Origin: a virus
Taxonomy: Duplodnaviria > Caudoviricetes
Direction: 5' to 3' (one strand)
Length of the DNA: 64,000 bases
IMG/VR virus record: IMGVR_UViG_3300007280_000474
Part shown: positions 40,402 through 48,951 of the stretch, one piece after another
Layout: each line of letters starts with the position of its first letter
Position numbering within the stretch: the first letter of the stretch is position 1
Program-made: the position numbers and the translations under genes
Notes under the pieces: model-generated
Told to the model about the DNA's origin: nothing
The model's input: only the letters and a program-made list of their open reading frames with translations
The model's database searches: none

Positions 40402-41050
40402 TTTAGAGACTTGGGAAGACGTTAGAGTATGGTGCGACAAATATGGTACCGTGCCTCCCACAGTTGTTGAAAAAATTAACAGTGGCTTATATCCTAGAGA
40501 TGCATTCAGCCTAGGACAGTTAGCAAGTAAGTTTTGGTTACTTAATTGTTTAGAAGTACAAGAAGTACCACAGAATGCTACATGGGCCATACTAGGTTGT
40601 TGGATAGGCAGTCTAGTTCCTTTTATATGCAAGAAGCAAGCAGTAGAACGCATATACGGCTTTGACATGGACCCTGTAGCAATTACCAAAGCAGAAATGT
40701 TTAATGACCGTTATTTAGATGGCTGGAAGTTTAAAGGCGTTGTACAAGATTTAGAATACCTCGACACAGGTAATATGGAGTTCCAAACAGGCGGTGAACT
40801 TATTCAAGTTACGCCAGACATAGTGATCAATACTAGTTGCGAACATATGAACACACATTGGTTTGACTCAGCAGACTCTGATCAACTCATAATTATGCAA
40901 ACAAATAACTCAGAAGAGTTTGACGGGCACATCAATGTGTGTTATACTGTAGAACAGATGCAAGAGCGTTACCCGATGAGTAACTGTCTCTTTGCAGGAG
41001 AAATGGTTACACCCGTTTACTCCAGGTTTATGCAAATAGGATACAAGTAA
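40388..41050 (+). CDS. Class I SAM-dependent methyltransferase-like protein
   Basis: ILGCWIG motif I, FDMD, INTSCEH. Confidence 0.65.
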   Translation: MSKINLETWEDVRVWCDKYGTVPPTVVEKINSGLYPRDAFSLGQLASKFWLLNCLEVQEVPQNATWAILGCWIGSLVPFICKKQAVERIYGFDMDPVAITKAEMFNDRYLDGWKFKGVVQDLEYLDTGNMEFQTGGELIQVTPDIVINTSCEHMNTHWFDSADSDQLIIMQTNNSEEFDGHINVCYTVEQMQERYPMSNCLFAGEMVTPVYSRFMQIGYK

Positions 41051-41572
41051 GTGAAAACCAAAGTTATTAACCTCTACGGAGGACCCTCGAGCGGAAAGAG
41101 CACACAGGCAAGTGGCTTGTTCTACAAAATGAAACAGCAAGGTTACAATGTAGAACTAGTAAATGAGTTTGCCAAGGAATGTGTATGGGAAGACAATGTA
41201 CCAATGCTGAAGGATCAGTTATGGGTATTAGCACACCAGCACCGTAAATTAGTACGTTTAAGAGACAAAGTAGACTACATTATCACAGATAGCCCTGTGT
41301 TGCTTAGTGTTGCTTACAGGACGGTTTATGACGGTCCTATGTACACTGATGCTATCGATGTACTAGCAAAAGAATGCTACGACATGTACGATAACTTAAA
41401 CGTATATCTAAACAGAACAACAGAGTTTACTGAAGAAGGTAGAGCTCAAGACTTAGAACATTCAGTACACATAGACAATCACATACTTACAATACTAGAG
41501 GATATGCAAGTACCATACTTTCGTTTGGATGTCGATAACGAAACTGTACCAAAAGTACTAAGGTTGCTTTAG
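41051..41572 (+). CDS. P-loop NTPase/kinase (NadR/AAA_28-like)
   Basis: GGPSSGKST Walker A; ITDSP. Confidence 0.75.
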   Translation: MKTKVINLYGGPSSGKSTQASGLFYKMKQQGYNVELVNEFAKECVWEDNVPMLKDQLWVLAHQHRKLVRLRDKVDYIITDSPVLLSVAYRTVYDGPMYTDAIDVLAKECYDMYDNLNVYLNRTTEFTEEGRAQDLEHSVHIDNHILTILEDMQVPYFRLDVDNETVPKVLRLL

Positions 41573-41736
41573 TGTATCTATGTATTTGTAATGCTGTTAA
41601 AGAAGGTGACAAAGAACGTTACCACCTCATAGGTACCAATTGTGGTAAGTGTAAACTACATTGGCCTGATCCTAAACTTCCACCAATCAACTTATACAAC
41701 GCACCGAAAATAAAGTCAAAAAAAAGCACCCCTTAG
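41572..41736 (+). CDS. Mini Bfd-like [2Fe-2S] protein (not in ORF track)
   Basis: MYLCICN...GTNCGKC; GTG start overlaps the upstream TAG. Confidence 0.55.
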   Translation: MYLCICNAVKEGDKERYHLIGTNCGKCKLHWPDPKLPPINLYNAPKIKSKKSTP

Positions 41737-41744
41737 GGTGCTTT
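41718..41744. terminator. Bidirectional terminator at the junction of the two arms
   Basis: A-run, AAGCACCC-ctta-GGGTGCTT; long U-tract on the minus strand. Confidence 0.75.
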
Positions 41745-41749
41745 AAGTT

Positions 41750-42079
41750 TTAGAAGTATTTGGCAAAAATACTATCTGAGCCTTCCTGTAAAGATGTCAT
41801 AATCAAATCTAAGTCTAGTGTTACCTCTACTAGTTGAATACGACCTTTACGGTCTATTTTATTAAGCCATTCAGTCATCCCGTCTACTGTAAAGTTTTCT
41901 TCGAGATTCTCAGTATCAAATTCCATGACTTGTTCTGTATCGAACGTTACAGTTATTTTATCAATAAACTGCTTCGGAATTTCTGTTGGATTTATGCCTT
42001 GTAAAATGTTATTCGAGCTATTCTTTCCATTCTTCGACTTACCGATCAACACCACACGAGCGGCTCCGTTGGTCATCAT
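41750..42079 (-). CDS. Hypothetical phage protein
   Basis: ORF; TATAAATA on the minus strand at 42116-42123. Confidence 0.6.
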   Translation of the reverse strand: MMTNGAARVVLIGKSKNGKNSSNNILQGINPTEIPKQFIDKITVTFDTEQVMEFDTENLEENFTVDGMTEWLNKIDRKGRIQLVEVTLDLDLIMTSLQEGSDSIFAKYF

Positions 42080-42118
42080 AATGATCCCTTATATTAAAAA
42101 AGTGTGTTACTTATATAT

Positions 42119-42781
42119 TTATACGACTTTTTTAGGTCTGCCGGGACCTTTCTTTGGCTTGAGCTCTGGGTTCAAACGATATGCTTCTGCTTTCTTTGCT
42201 TCTGCATCACGTAACAATGCTGCTGCATCGTCTTCCAAAATTCCTGCCTGTGCAAGTAAGTTGTTAGCAATTTGAGCTTCTTCAGCCTCAGATGCTACCT
42301 CTGGAATACTTACTGCTTCACTTGCTAGAGTTGGATCTGATTCAACATCGACAGGATTAACTGCTGGTGCTTCTGCAGACTCTCTAAGTGTTGCTGGATC
42401 TACTTCCGTGTTCAATGGTGGATTAGAAGCATTTTTAATTTTTCTAATCTCAGCATTTACATCTGCTAGTGAAACTGATGTAGACGGTGTAGGGGTCAGT
42501 GTAACTAAATCTACAGACACCTTTTCAATTCTACGATCGAAATGTAATGCTTGTAAAATGTTTTGCCCATCTGAGAACTGTCTACGATCTAGTACATCAG
42601 CAATGTCATTAGATTCTTGTGCTTCTGCACTCTGTACGACGTTCATTAAACCATCATGTTGAACATCAGGTAATGATTCTGTTTTTACAATTAAGGCATT
42701 CTCGGCTTCACCTGGTACTTCTCTATAAAGAATTACACAAGGCTTCTCACCAATTTTACCAACGTGTTTCATTGCTTCCAT
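42119..42781 (-). CDS. Hypothetical phage protein with C-terminal AT-hook-like motif
   Basis: Ends KKGPGRPKKVV; GAGGAG RBS. Confidence 0.65.
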   Translation of the reverse strand: MEAMKHVGKIGEKPCVILYREVPGEAENALIVKTESLPDVQHDGLMNVVQSAEAQESNDIADVLDRRQFSDGQNILQALHFDRRIEKVSVDLVTLTPTPSTSVSLADVNAEIRKIKNASNPPLNTEVDPATLRESAEAPAVNPVDVESDPTLASEAVSIPEVASEAEEAQIANNLLAQAGILEDDAAALLRDAEAKKAEAYRLNPELKPKKGPGRPKKVV

Positions 42782-42786
42782 GGTAA

Positions 42787-43083
42787 TTACTCCTCTGAAG
42801 CTGCTTCTTCTCCAGCCTCTTCTTGAGCTGCTTGCTGTTCTTGTACATAAGATAAGAACGCATTCAACTTGTCAAATACTGCACCAACTTGTGATAACTC
42901 AGCACCTCTAAATGCTCCACGTTGTGTTGCAAGGTCCACGATCTGTAATAGTGTTCCTAGGTCTGAAAGGTTTACACTCTCTGGTACTTGTTGCTCCCCG
43001 GCTTCTGCTGTAGCCTCAGGTGCTGTTGTTTCTTCTGCCATTTCTGGTTGCTCCTTTTTTGTTTTAGCATTTTGTTTTGCCAT
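42787..43083 (-). CDS. Hypothetical acidic phage protein
   Basis: AGGAG RBS; TAAATA on minus at 43109-43114. Confidence 0.65.
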   Translation of the reverse strand: MAKQNAKTKKEQPEMAEETTAPEATAEAGEQQVPESVNLSDLGTLLQIVDLATQRGAFRGAELSQVGAVFDKLNAFLSYVQEQQAAQEEAGEEAASEE

Positions 43084-43153
43084 TTTTAAACTCCTAAAAT
43101 GTTTATTATATTTAACTGATGTTTTAATGAAGGGGTGAAAATTATGGCGTATT

Positions 43154-43438
43154 TTACAAAGAACTGTTCAAAACCCTCTGAAAGTTCTCTAATTCAATAG
43201 GGCATTCAAAGTATACTGTGCCACTGTGGTATCCTTTGCGATAGTAGAACTGCTTTTTAACATTGATATCTAAATATTCTTGTATGTTAAGCATAAAGTC
43301 TACGCCGCTTTTTGTTTCTCTATCAGTTACACGAACACGTTGGGTGAGTAGTTTAACAAACAGTTCTGCTCCAGAACGTGCTAGTAACTCAAACTCCCAT
43401 TCAGTAAGTTGATTATTATTAGTTGGTACTAATTCCAT
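43154..43438 (-). CDS. Hypothetical protein (start moved to ATG 43438)
   Basis: GAGGA RBS at the end of the vWA gene. Confidence 0.55.
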   Translation of the reverse strand: MELVPTNNNQLTEWEFELLARSGAELFVKLLTQRVRVTDRETKSGVDFMLNIQEYLDINVKKQFYYRKGYHSGTVYFECPIELENFQRVLNSSL

Positions 43439-43439
43439 T

Positions 43440-44762
43440 TTAGTCCTCTCTGCTGTATGGTACTGTAATACCAAATGGTGAGGTTGGTGTTGATAAGCCT
43501 CTGCTACCGTGTACAATAAACAATGTATCACAGTAGTTCTCATCTCCCCAACTACCCCATGGGTATCCATCTGTGAACATGATGAACTTCTTAGGCACAA
43601 TGCCTTCGTCCTTCATGTAGTCAAAGCAACAATCAAACTCGGTACCGCCGCCACCTTCGATTTCGTAGTCCATAAACTCGTCCATGTTAGTGTCAGTGAA
43701 TACTTGAGGATTGTGTACTTCTGTATCAAAGCAGAATAAGTGTATCTTGAAGTTAGTGTACTGATCCATAACGCCTTTAACTTCGCTTAAGAAGTCAATT
43801 AGCATGTCGTCAAATATACTACCACTCACATCAAGTGCAATAGCAACATCGATAGTTGTGTCGTAGTCCATACCTGGCAACCAGTAACCACTGTCTGCAC
43901 CTTTACGGCTTTGTGTTCTAAAAGTGTAGTCGTTCTTGATCACACTTTGAATTTGCATAGCAAGTAGTGTTCTCCAATCCAACTGAGGATTGAGGATCTT
44001 GTCCAGCATACGTTTAACGCCACCTGGTAAGTTACCGGCGCCTGCTGCTTTTGCTGCTTGCACTGTAGCACTTTTAAATTCTTGCTTGGCCTTTTCCTTC
44101 TCATCAGCAGTCATTGGGATTGGACCTGCTTTACCATTTTCGCTGTCGTCAGCATCACCATCACCTGCAGGACCGCTACCAGCATCATCGCCATCTTCAC
44201 GTTCCATGTGAATGTCGAAAGATACTTTTTGTATACGACCTTCATCGTCCATTTCTTTGTATATTTCGTCATACACTGCTTCAGAGGTCATGTCCTGATA
44301 CTTGTAATCAAAACATACTTCAATAATCTCTTTACGAATTCGCTTGCCAATCTTAGCAAGTTCAAGTTCTAGATTGATAACGTAATCGTTCGCTACATTC
44401 CAAAGTTGATGTATACGGTCTCCACGTCTATCAGGATCCATATGGTCATATACGCAATGTAGAATCTCATGACCCATAAGCCAAATGCACTCATCTTCTG
44501 TAAGTGCGGCAGTGAAGTGTCTGTTGTAATAGAAATGCTTACCGTCTGTAGCGGCAGTAGGACACCATTCAGTAGCATCAATCAACTTCAAACGTGTAGC
44601 AAGAGCACCAAAGAACGGTGCATTCATAAGCATGTCTACACGAGCTTTGATAAGAATATCTTCTATTTCTACTGAAGTTTTAGTTGTTTGCGGTACATCA
44701 ATAACAGGCTTTGCGTCCTTGTTTACAGATGTCTCGTCTTTTGTTGCGAATGAGTTATCCAT
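43440..44762 (-). CDS. Metallopeptidase-like (DUF2201) plus vWA domain protein
   Basis: TAATDG, HEILH, ANDYVIN, DVSGS MIDAS, GGGT, FTDG. Confidence 0.85.
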   Translation of the reverse strand: MDNSFATKDETSVNKDAKPVIDVPQTTKTSVEIEDILIKARVDMLMNAPFFGALATRLKLIDATEWCPTAATDGKHFYYNRHFTAALTEDECIWLMGHEILHCVYDHMDPDRRGDRIHQLWNVANDYVINLELELAKIGKRIRKEIIEVCFDYKYQDMTSEAVYDEIYKEMDDEGRIQKVSFDIHMEREDGDDAGSGPAGDGDADDSENGKAGPIPMTADEKEKAKQEFKSATVQAAKAAGAGNLPGGVKRMLDKILNPQLDWRTLLAMQIQSVIKNDYTFRTQSRKGADSGYWLPGMDYDTTIDVAIALDVSGSIFDDMLIDFLSEVKGVMDQYTNFKIHLFCFDTEVHNPQVFTDTNMDEFMDYEIEGGGGTEFDCCFDYMKDEGIVPKKFIMFTDGYPWGSWGDENYCDTLFIVHGSRGLSTPTSPFGITVPYSRED

Positions 44763-44793
44763 TTGTTACCTAATTTCCTACTTAATATTGTAT

Positions 44794-44822
44794 ATTATAC
44801 GCTCTTTTGTGGTGTAAGTCAA
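44794..44822 (-). promoter_or_regulatory. Sigma70-type early promoter (vWA gene)
   Basis: TTGACT-N17-TATAAT. Confidence 0.85.
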
Positions 44823-44840
44823 GTACATATTACTTATAAA

Positions 44841-44853
44841 TTTCAATAACTTA
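44841..44853 (+). promoter_or_regulatory. IHF-like site
   Basis: TTTCAATAACTTA (one mismatch to WATCAANNNNTTR); same 12-mer and spacing as at 46887. Confidence 0.5.
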
Positions 44854-44870
44854 CATGCCCTTAATAAGGT

Positions 44871-44943
44871 GGACCTCCCGTTAAGGAGGTCCGTTTGCCC
44901 TGTGCTAGGTAGGGAGTAACATAGGTAGGTGCACAAGGGCAAA
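44871..44943 (-). ncRNA. Candidate structured antisense sRNA / 3'-UTR RNA with anti-RBS loop
   Basis: 12-bp stem with 25-nt loop ACCUACCUAUGUUACUCCCUACCUA, then an 8-bp hairpin containing ACCUCCUUA. Confidence 0.55.
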
Positions 44944-44948
44944 AACCG

Positions 44949-46058
44949 TTATACGATATACTTGAGGTACTTATCGTTGAAAGTAGTCTGTATATCTTTG
45001 TCCAACACCTTACGGAAGTTGAACACGATTTGGTAGTCTTTCATCAATGTCTTAAGAGCAAAGATGACCATTTCAGGTTCAAAGTTGTTGAATGCAAAAC
45101 GAATCATGTTGTTAAGCATTTTGCCGATATTGGTGTCTACCTCACCAACTTCTTTCCATACTTCGTTTAGTTCGTATGCAAGACCGACAGTCAAACTGTA
45201 TTTTGCAGATATCTCACTTGATACCTTCTTGTCCAGTTTAGTGACCTTACCATCAAGTACCTCGGTTGGATTAGGTAGGAACGCCGCAACCTTACGGTGC
45301 TCAGCAAACTTAATTGCCATACCTTCGCCAACTGCACCTGCAAGTTCAGCCATTTGTTCTTTTGCACTTGCATCCTCAAATTCTTCTACATTAAGAATCT
45401 CGCTCACAAAGTTCCATGAACGTGGTGAGGCAAATGCCTGTGAGTTAGACTTTGGATCAAAGTCAAACAAGTCCTGTTTAGCATAAGACAAGTAACCAAC
45501 AACATCAGGGTGAACATCGTTGTTCACAGCCCACTGAGCCCAATCCTCAAAATTGACCTCCATGTTAATGTGTCGGAACCTGTTAGCCAACGGTGCTGGC
45601 ATTCTGTATGTAACACCTCGGTCAGTGTCACGGTTACCAGCCGCTACAATCCTAACATTCTTAGGAAGGGTGTACTGTCCAATCTTACCGTTAAGAACTA
45701 ACTGGTAAGCCGCCGCCTGTACACTTGGAGGAGCAGAGTTAAGTTCATCCAAGAACAATACAATAGTATCGAACTCAGCAGCCTGCTCTGGCGTTGGAAG
45801 GTCCGCTGGGGGAGCCCATTCCATTTGATTAGTTTCCGGGTTACGGAAAGGATATCCACGCAAGTCTGTTGGCTCCATAAGAGCTAGACGCATATCAATC
45901 ATTAAGTTTTTACCAGGAAGAACATTGTATGTAATGTTCTCAATAAGTTCAGACTTACCTATGCCTGGAGCACCCCAAAGGAATATGGGACGTTTTGCTT
46001 TCATTGCTCGAACTACAATTGGTTGTACTTGAGCTGGACGTGTTGTTAATGTTTCCAT
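44949..46058 (-). CDS. MoxR-type AAA+ ATPase
   Basis: GAPGIGKS, LFLDELN, AAGNR, PLANRF, SPRSW. Confidence 0.9.
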   Translation of the reverse strand: METLTTRPAQVQPIVVRAMKAKRPIFLWGAPGIGKSELIENITYNVLPGKNLMIDMRLALMEPTDLRGYPFRNPETNQMEWAPPADLPTPEQAAEFDTIVLFLDELNSAPPSVQAAAYQLVLNGKIGQYTLPKNVRIVAAGNRDTDRGVTYRMPAPLANRFRHINMEVNFEDWAQWAVNNDVHPDVVGYLSYAKQDLFDFDPKSNSQAFASPRSWNFVSEILNVEEFEDASAKEQMAELAGAVGEGMAIKFAEHRKVAAFLPNPTEVLDGKVTKLDKKVSSEISAKYSLTVGLAYELNEVWKEVGEVDTNIGKMLNNMIRFAFNNFEPEMVIFALKTLMKDYQIVFNFRKVLDKDIQTTFNDKYLKYIV

Positions 46059-46093
46059 TGTTTACCTACCTATTTAATTTAACCTACCCTAGT

Positions 46094-46122
46094 ATTATAC
46101 TAAGAGTTCCTACCAAAGTCAA
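46094..46122 (-). promoter_or_regulatory. Sigma70-type early promoter (MoxR gene)
   Basis: TTGACT-N17-TATAAT. Confidence 0.85.
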
Positions 46123-46297
46123 CCGAAACTTTATACATTTTTTCAAAAATATGTATTGCTTCTTCACGACTCAACAGTTCTTCTTGATACGCACTACGCT
46201 CTTCACAGTTAAGTGTGTACCACTCATTAAAGTTGCTTTCGACTGAAATACCATCAATCCACTTGAATTCAAATTGTTCTGCCATCATAATCCCCAT
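46100..46297 (-). CDS. Small hypothetical protein
   Basis: Start overlaps the upstream TAA. Confidence 0.55.
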   Translation of the reverse strand: MGIMMAEQFEFKWIDGISVESNFNEWYTLNCEERSAYQEELLSREEAIHIFEKMYKVSVDFGRNS

Positions 46298-46806
46298 TAT
46301 TGAACAGAAACTCTAACTGGAATAAAAGTGTCCAATTGAGGCTCGTAGTTACGTTTGATCCAATAAGTATCTCCGTCCAATTCGACTAGGACATTGTACC
46401 CTGTGATCACAGTTTCAGTATAACGTTGCTGTACCATCTTGGTGACTTCTTTACAAGTTTCACCCTTCTTGTATGCAATGTTATTACCAACTTTGTTACC
46501 TAAGACACCACCGATAACTTTAGCTGCTTCGTTGCCGCTACCGCCACCAATTTTGTCACCAATTGCAGTACCAATTGCGGCACCTAACAGTCCTTCTGTG
46601 CTGCCAAAGATGCCATTAACACCTCTTTCAACATAGCCACTGCTATCACGTTGTGCTTGATACCCACATACCAACTGCTGAGTTGGCACATTCTCATACC
46701 TAACCTGCTCATGCAGAATAGGATTTACGTCTACGACATACGCATCAGCCGCCAAAGCAGGGCCACTGGCTGCAATAAGTCCTAGTGCAATTAAAGATTT
46801 CTTCAT
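46297..46806 (-). CDS. Glycine-zipper 2TM exported/outer-membrane protein
   Basis: Signal peptide; GAAIGTAIGDKIGGGSG...GGVLGNKVG. Confidence 0.75.
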   Translation of the reverse strand: MKKSLIALGLIAASGPALAADAYVVDVNPILHEQVRYENVPTQQLVCGYQAQRDSSGYVERGVNGIFGSTEGLLGAAIGTAIGDKIGGGSGNEAAKVIGGVLGNKVGNNIAYKKGETCKEVTKMVQQRYTETVITGYNVLVELDGDTYWIKRNYEPQLDTFIPVRVSVQ

Positions 46807-46837
46807 AAGTTACTCCGTTTTGTTACTTAATATGTAT

Positions 46838-46866
46838 ATTATACGGATATATTGGGGTAAAGTCAA
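46838..46866 (-). promoter_or_regulatory. Sigma70-type early promoter
   Basis: TTGACT-N17-TATAAT. Confidence 0.85.
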
Positions 46867-46884
46867 CCAAAAAACCGACTTAAA

Positions 46885-46897
46885 AATCAATAACTTA
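46885..46897 (+). promoter_or_regulatory. IHF consensus site
   Basis: AATCAATAACTTA matches WATCAANNNNTTR. Confidence 0.55.
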
Positions 46898-46899
46898 CG

Positions 46900-47298
46900 T
46901 TACCTAGCAGTTAATCCTACTGTTGCTTCTGCTACTTTTTGCTCGTTATTGTACACTACACAGTCGTAAAAGACGTGCTTACGCCTACTGTAAGCCCTTG
47001 TAGCAACGTATTTGATAGTCTGGCCGGGTAACACTACCCTACGAAACTTAGCCTTGTCTACAGTGGTAATCATGGGTGTTGCGGGTATGGCTGAGTTAAC
47101 TTGGCTCATAGCATGCAATCCTGCTGTTTGACACATACCTTCGATTAAGTATACGCCGGGCCAAATAGCCATATGTGGGAAATGATCTTTTAGAATAGGG
47201 TGATCAGATTTTATTGTGTAGTATGCTTCTACGGTGTTTTCATCTAGTATGTCGTGTTGTTCTACTAATAGTATTGAACCAGTGTGTGGTAGTTTCAT
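46900..47298 (-). CDS. fabZ: FabZ/FabA-like hot-dog dehydratase
   Basis: LPH, HFP...WPGVYLIEGMCQ, AKFRRVVLPG. Confidence 0.75.
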   Translation of the reverse strand: MKLPHTGSILLVEQHDILDENTVEAYYTIKSDHPILKDHFPHMAIWPGVYLIEGMCQTAGLHAMSQVNSAIPATPMITTVDKAKFRRVVLPGQTIKYVATRAYSRRKHVFYDCVVYNNEQKVAEATVGLTAR

Positions 47299-47693
47299 TA
47301 TAAGTTACCTGCAAAATATTTTAAATCGTGTCCGCCTAACTTAAACCATGCCGCATCATTATCATCATAAAACACTATCTTTTTCTTTGATAGGTAGTAC
47401 GGCCTAGTCATTGCTTTGTCTAACTTAATTAGTATAGAACCAACTAATGGCTCCTCTAAATTGAATTCGTGATGTGCAAACCACCTACGCATTAGACTGT
47501 TACCCACTGTTGTGAGTCTGAGTCCAATTGGCTTGTTTGGCATATTGGTAACACGAAAATTTTTGAATATGGCATGACATATATCAATAACTTCATCGTC
47601 GTTGAAATTGTTTTTGTATTTTGCTGAACGCTCTTTGATGTAACCCGCAATTTGAAATTGGATAGGACTATCCTTTGTGATTTCGAATTTCAT
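47298..47693 (-). CDS. Hypothetical phage protein (start moved to ATG 47693)
   Basis: ORF with GLRLT motif; tiles with neighbours. Confidence 0.6.
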   Translation of the reverse strand: MKFEITKDSPIQFQIAGYIKERSAKYKNNFNDDEVIDICHAIFKNFRVTNMPNKPIGLRLTTVGNSLMRRWFAHHEFNLEEPLVGSILIKLDKAMTRPYYLSKKKIVFYDDNDAAWFKLGGHDLKYFAGNL

Positions 47694-47979
47694 CCTCAGT
47701 AATTTCCTCGCCTTGTAACAATTTAATGACTTTAAAATCTTGTGTGTCAAATTGTTTATTGAGTCGTTCTGCAAGATTAAATGCATGTCCAGGGTTTGAA
47801 AAAGAAACTTTCTTGTATTTTGGTCCAGGATAACTAACAAGAGTATTTAAAATTCTAAGGTTTATAGGACTACCTTGGTAATAAACACTAAATATTGCTC
47901 CTGCACTTAGTACTTGTTCCGATTTGTATGTGTGTTTGTTTATGCTTTCTAACAGTATGTTAGGTTTTGGTCTACTCAT
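47668..47979 (-). CDS. Hypothetical phage protein (start ATG 47979)
   Basis: MSRPKP...YPGPKYKKVSFSNPGHA; AGGAG RBS; GATAAATA on minus at 48003-48010. Confidence 0.65.
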   Translation of the reverse strand: MSRPKPNILLESINKHTYKSEQVLSAGAIFSVYYQGSPINLRILNTLVSYPGPKYKKVSFSNPGHAFNLAERLNKQFDTQDFKVIKLLQGEEITEDEIRNHKG

Positions 47980-48040
47980 TGTATGTGTCTCCTGTACACA
48001 TATATTTATCAATTTTCGCCATTAAAGCATACGTTAATAC

Positions 48041-48244
48041 CTACTTGCTATGTGGGGGTAATTTAGCCTCTACAAACAGTTCATGTTTCCTTTTTACTGG
48101 ATTATACTTCCTTAGTTTAAGTTTTTTGTTTTCTACTACTAATGACCTAGTCTTAACTGCTGTATAATGATAGGTGTGGTGGTCCCTAGTTTCTCCCTCT
48201 GGTATGAGGTAAACTATGGTTCTTCTCTTGTCTTTCTTTGCCAT
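48041..48244 (-). CDS. rpmG: Ribosomal protein bL33 (Zn-independent type)
   Basis: MAKK..R..V.L...YHYT..K...KLKLRKYNPVKRKHELFVEAK matches the L33 pattern; no Cys. Confidence 0.8.
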   Translation of the reverse strand: MAKKDKRRTIVYLIPEGETRDHHTYHYTAVKTRSLVVENKKLKLRKYNPVKRKHELFVEAKLPPHSK

Positions 48245-48250
48245 GTCTCT

Positions 48251-48697
48251 CTAGTTTGATGGAAAGCCTGCCTGTACAAACTCGCCAATTGTTTGAATAT
48301 CTTTCTCTGATAGCATACCTGCTTGTCCCCACATAAGAGCAGATTGTGGTCCAACCGTGCCTCCGTTTTTATATGTGGTAAGTTTCATGATAATATCACT
48401 TGAACTTTGTCCTGCTAACATTGGGCCTACTCCGCCTTGTCCTTGCTGTCCGTGACATGCGGCACAACCTGCCCACAAACTTCTAATACTGCTAAAATCA
48501 TCAGCCATTGCTAGTTCTCTTTTAGCCATTTCGATTTCTGCTGGAGTACCGTTAAGTGCTACATATTCCTCGTAGCATTCACCTGTGCAATTACTTACAC
48601 TTTTATACCCACTGTATGCTAGATTAGGGTAAATCATAAGTCCAAAAAATACTGCTATTGCCGCAGTGCCTGTTAGTGCTTTAAAAAGTTCGCTCAT
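48251..48697 (-). CDS. Membrane-anchored class I cytochrome c (c553/c4-like)
   Basis: N-terminal TM; CAACH haem motif; GPMLAGQ; distal Met in ALMW. Confidence 0.85.
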   Translation of the reverse strand: MSELFKALTGTAAIAVFFGLMIYPNLAYSGYKSVSNCTGECYEEYVALNGTPAEIEMAKRELAMADDFSSIRSLWAGCAACHGQQGQGGVGPMLAGQSSSDIIMKLTTYKNGGTVGPQSALMWGQAGMLSEKDIQTIGEFVQAGFPSN

Positions 48698-48698
48698 A

Positions 48699-48929
48699 TT
48701 AATCCTTGCTGTCTACTAATGCTTTGAATTCTGTGTATCCACCAATCTTCTCACCGTCAACGATGATCTGTGGGAATGTTCTTGCACCTGGAAAAGTTTC
48801 CATTAGTGTTTCTCTATCAAAGTCTTCGTTTAACATTTTGTATGTTAAGTCGTAACCTTTCTGCTCTGCAAGCCTTTTAGCCATATCACAGTATGGACAT
48901 TGTGGTTTGCTGTAAATTTCTACTTTCAT
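48699..48929 (-). CDS. Glutaredoxin
   Basis: CPYC, RTFPQI, IGG. Confidence 0.92.
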   Translation of the reverse strand: MKVEIYSKPQCPYCDMAKRLAEQKGYDLTYKMLNEDFDRETLMETFPGARTFPQIIVDGEKIGGYTEFKALVDSKD

Positions 48930-48951
48930 AATCTTCCTTATTTTTCAAATA

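Noticed and set aside
3111-41572. Bacterial O-antigen/capsule island rather than phage DNA
   Set aside because: No wzx/wzy/ABC export genes; contiguous with tail-fibre genes and punctuated by T4-like late promoters
44882-44919. Plus-strand gene behind the perfect SD TAAGGAGGT
   Set aside because: Downstream TTG/GTG frames stop after five codons; better explained as RNA structure on the minus strand
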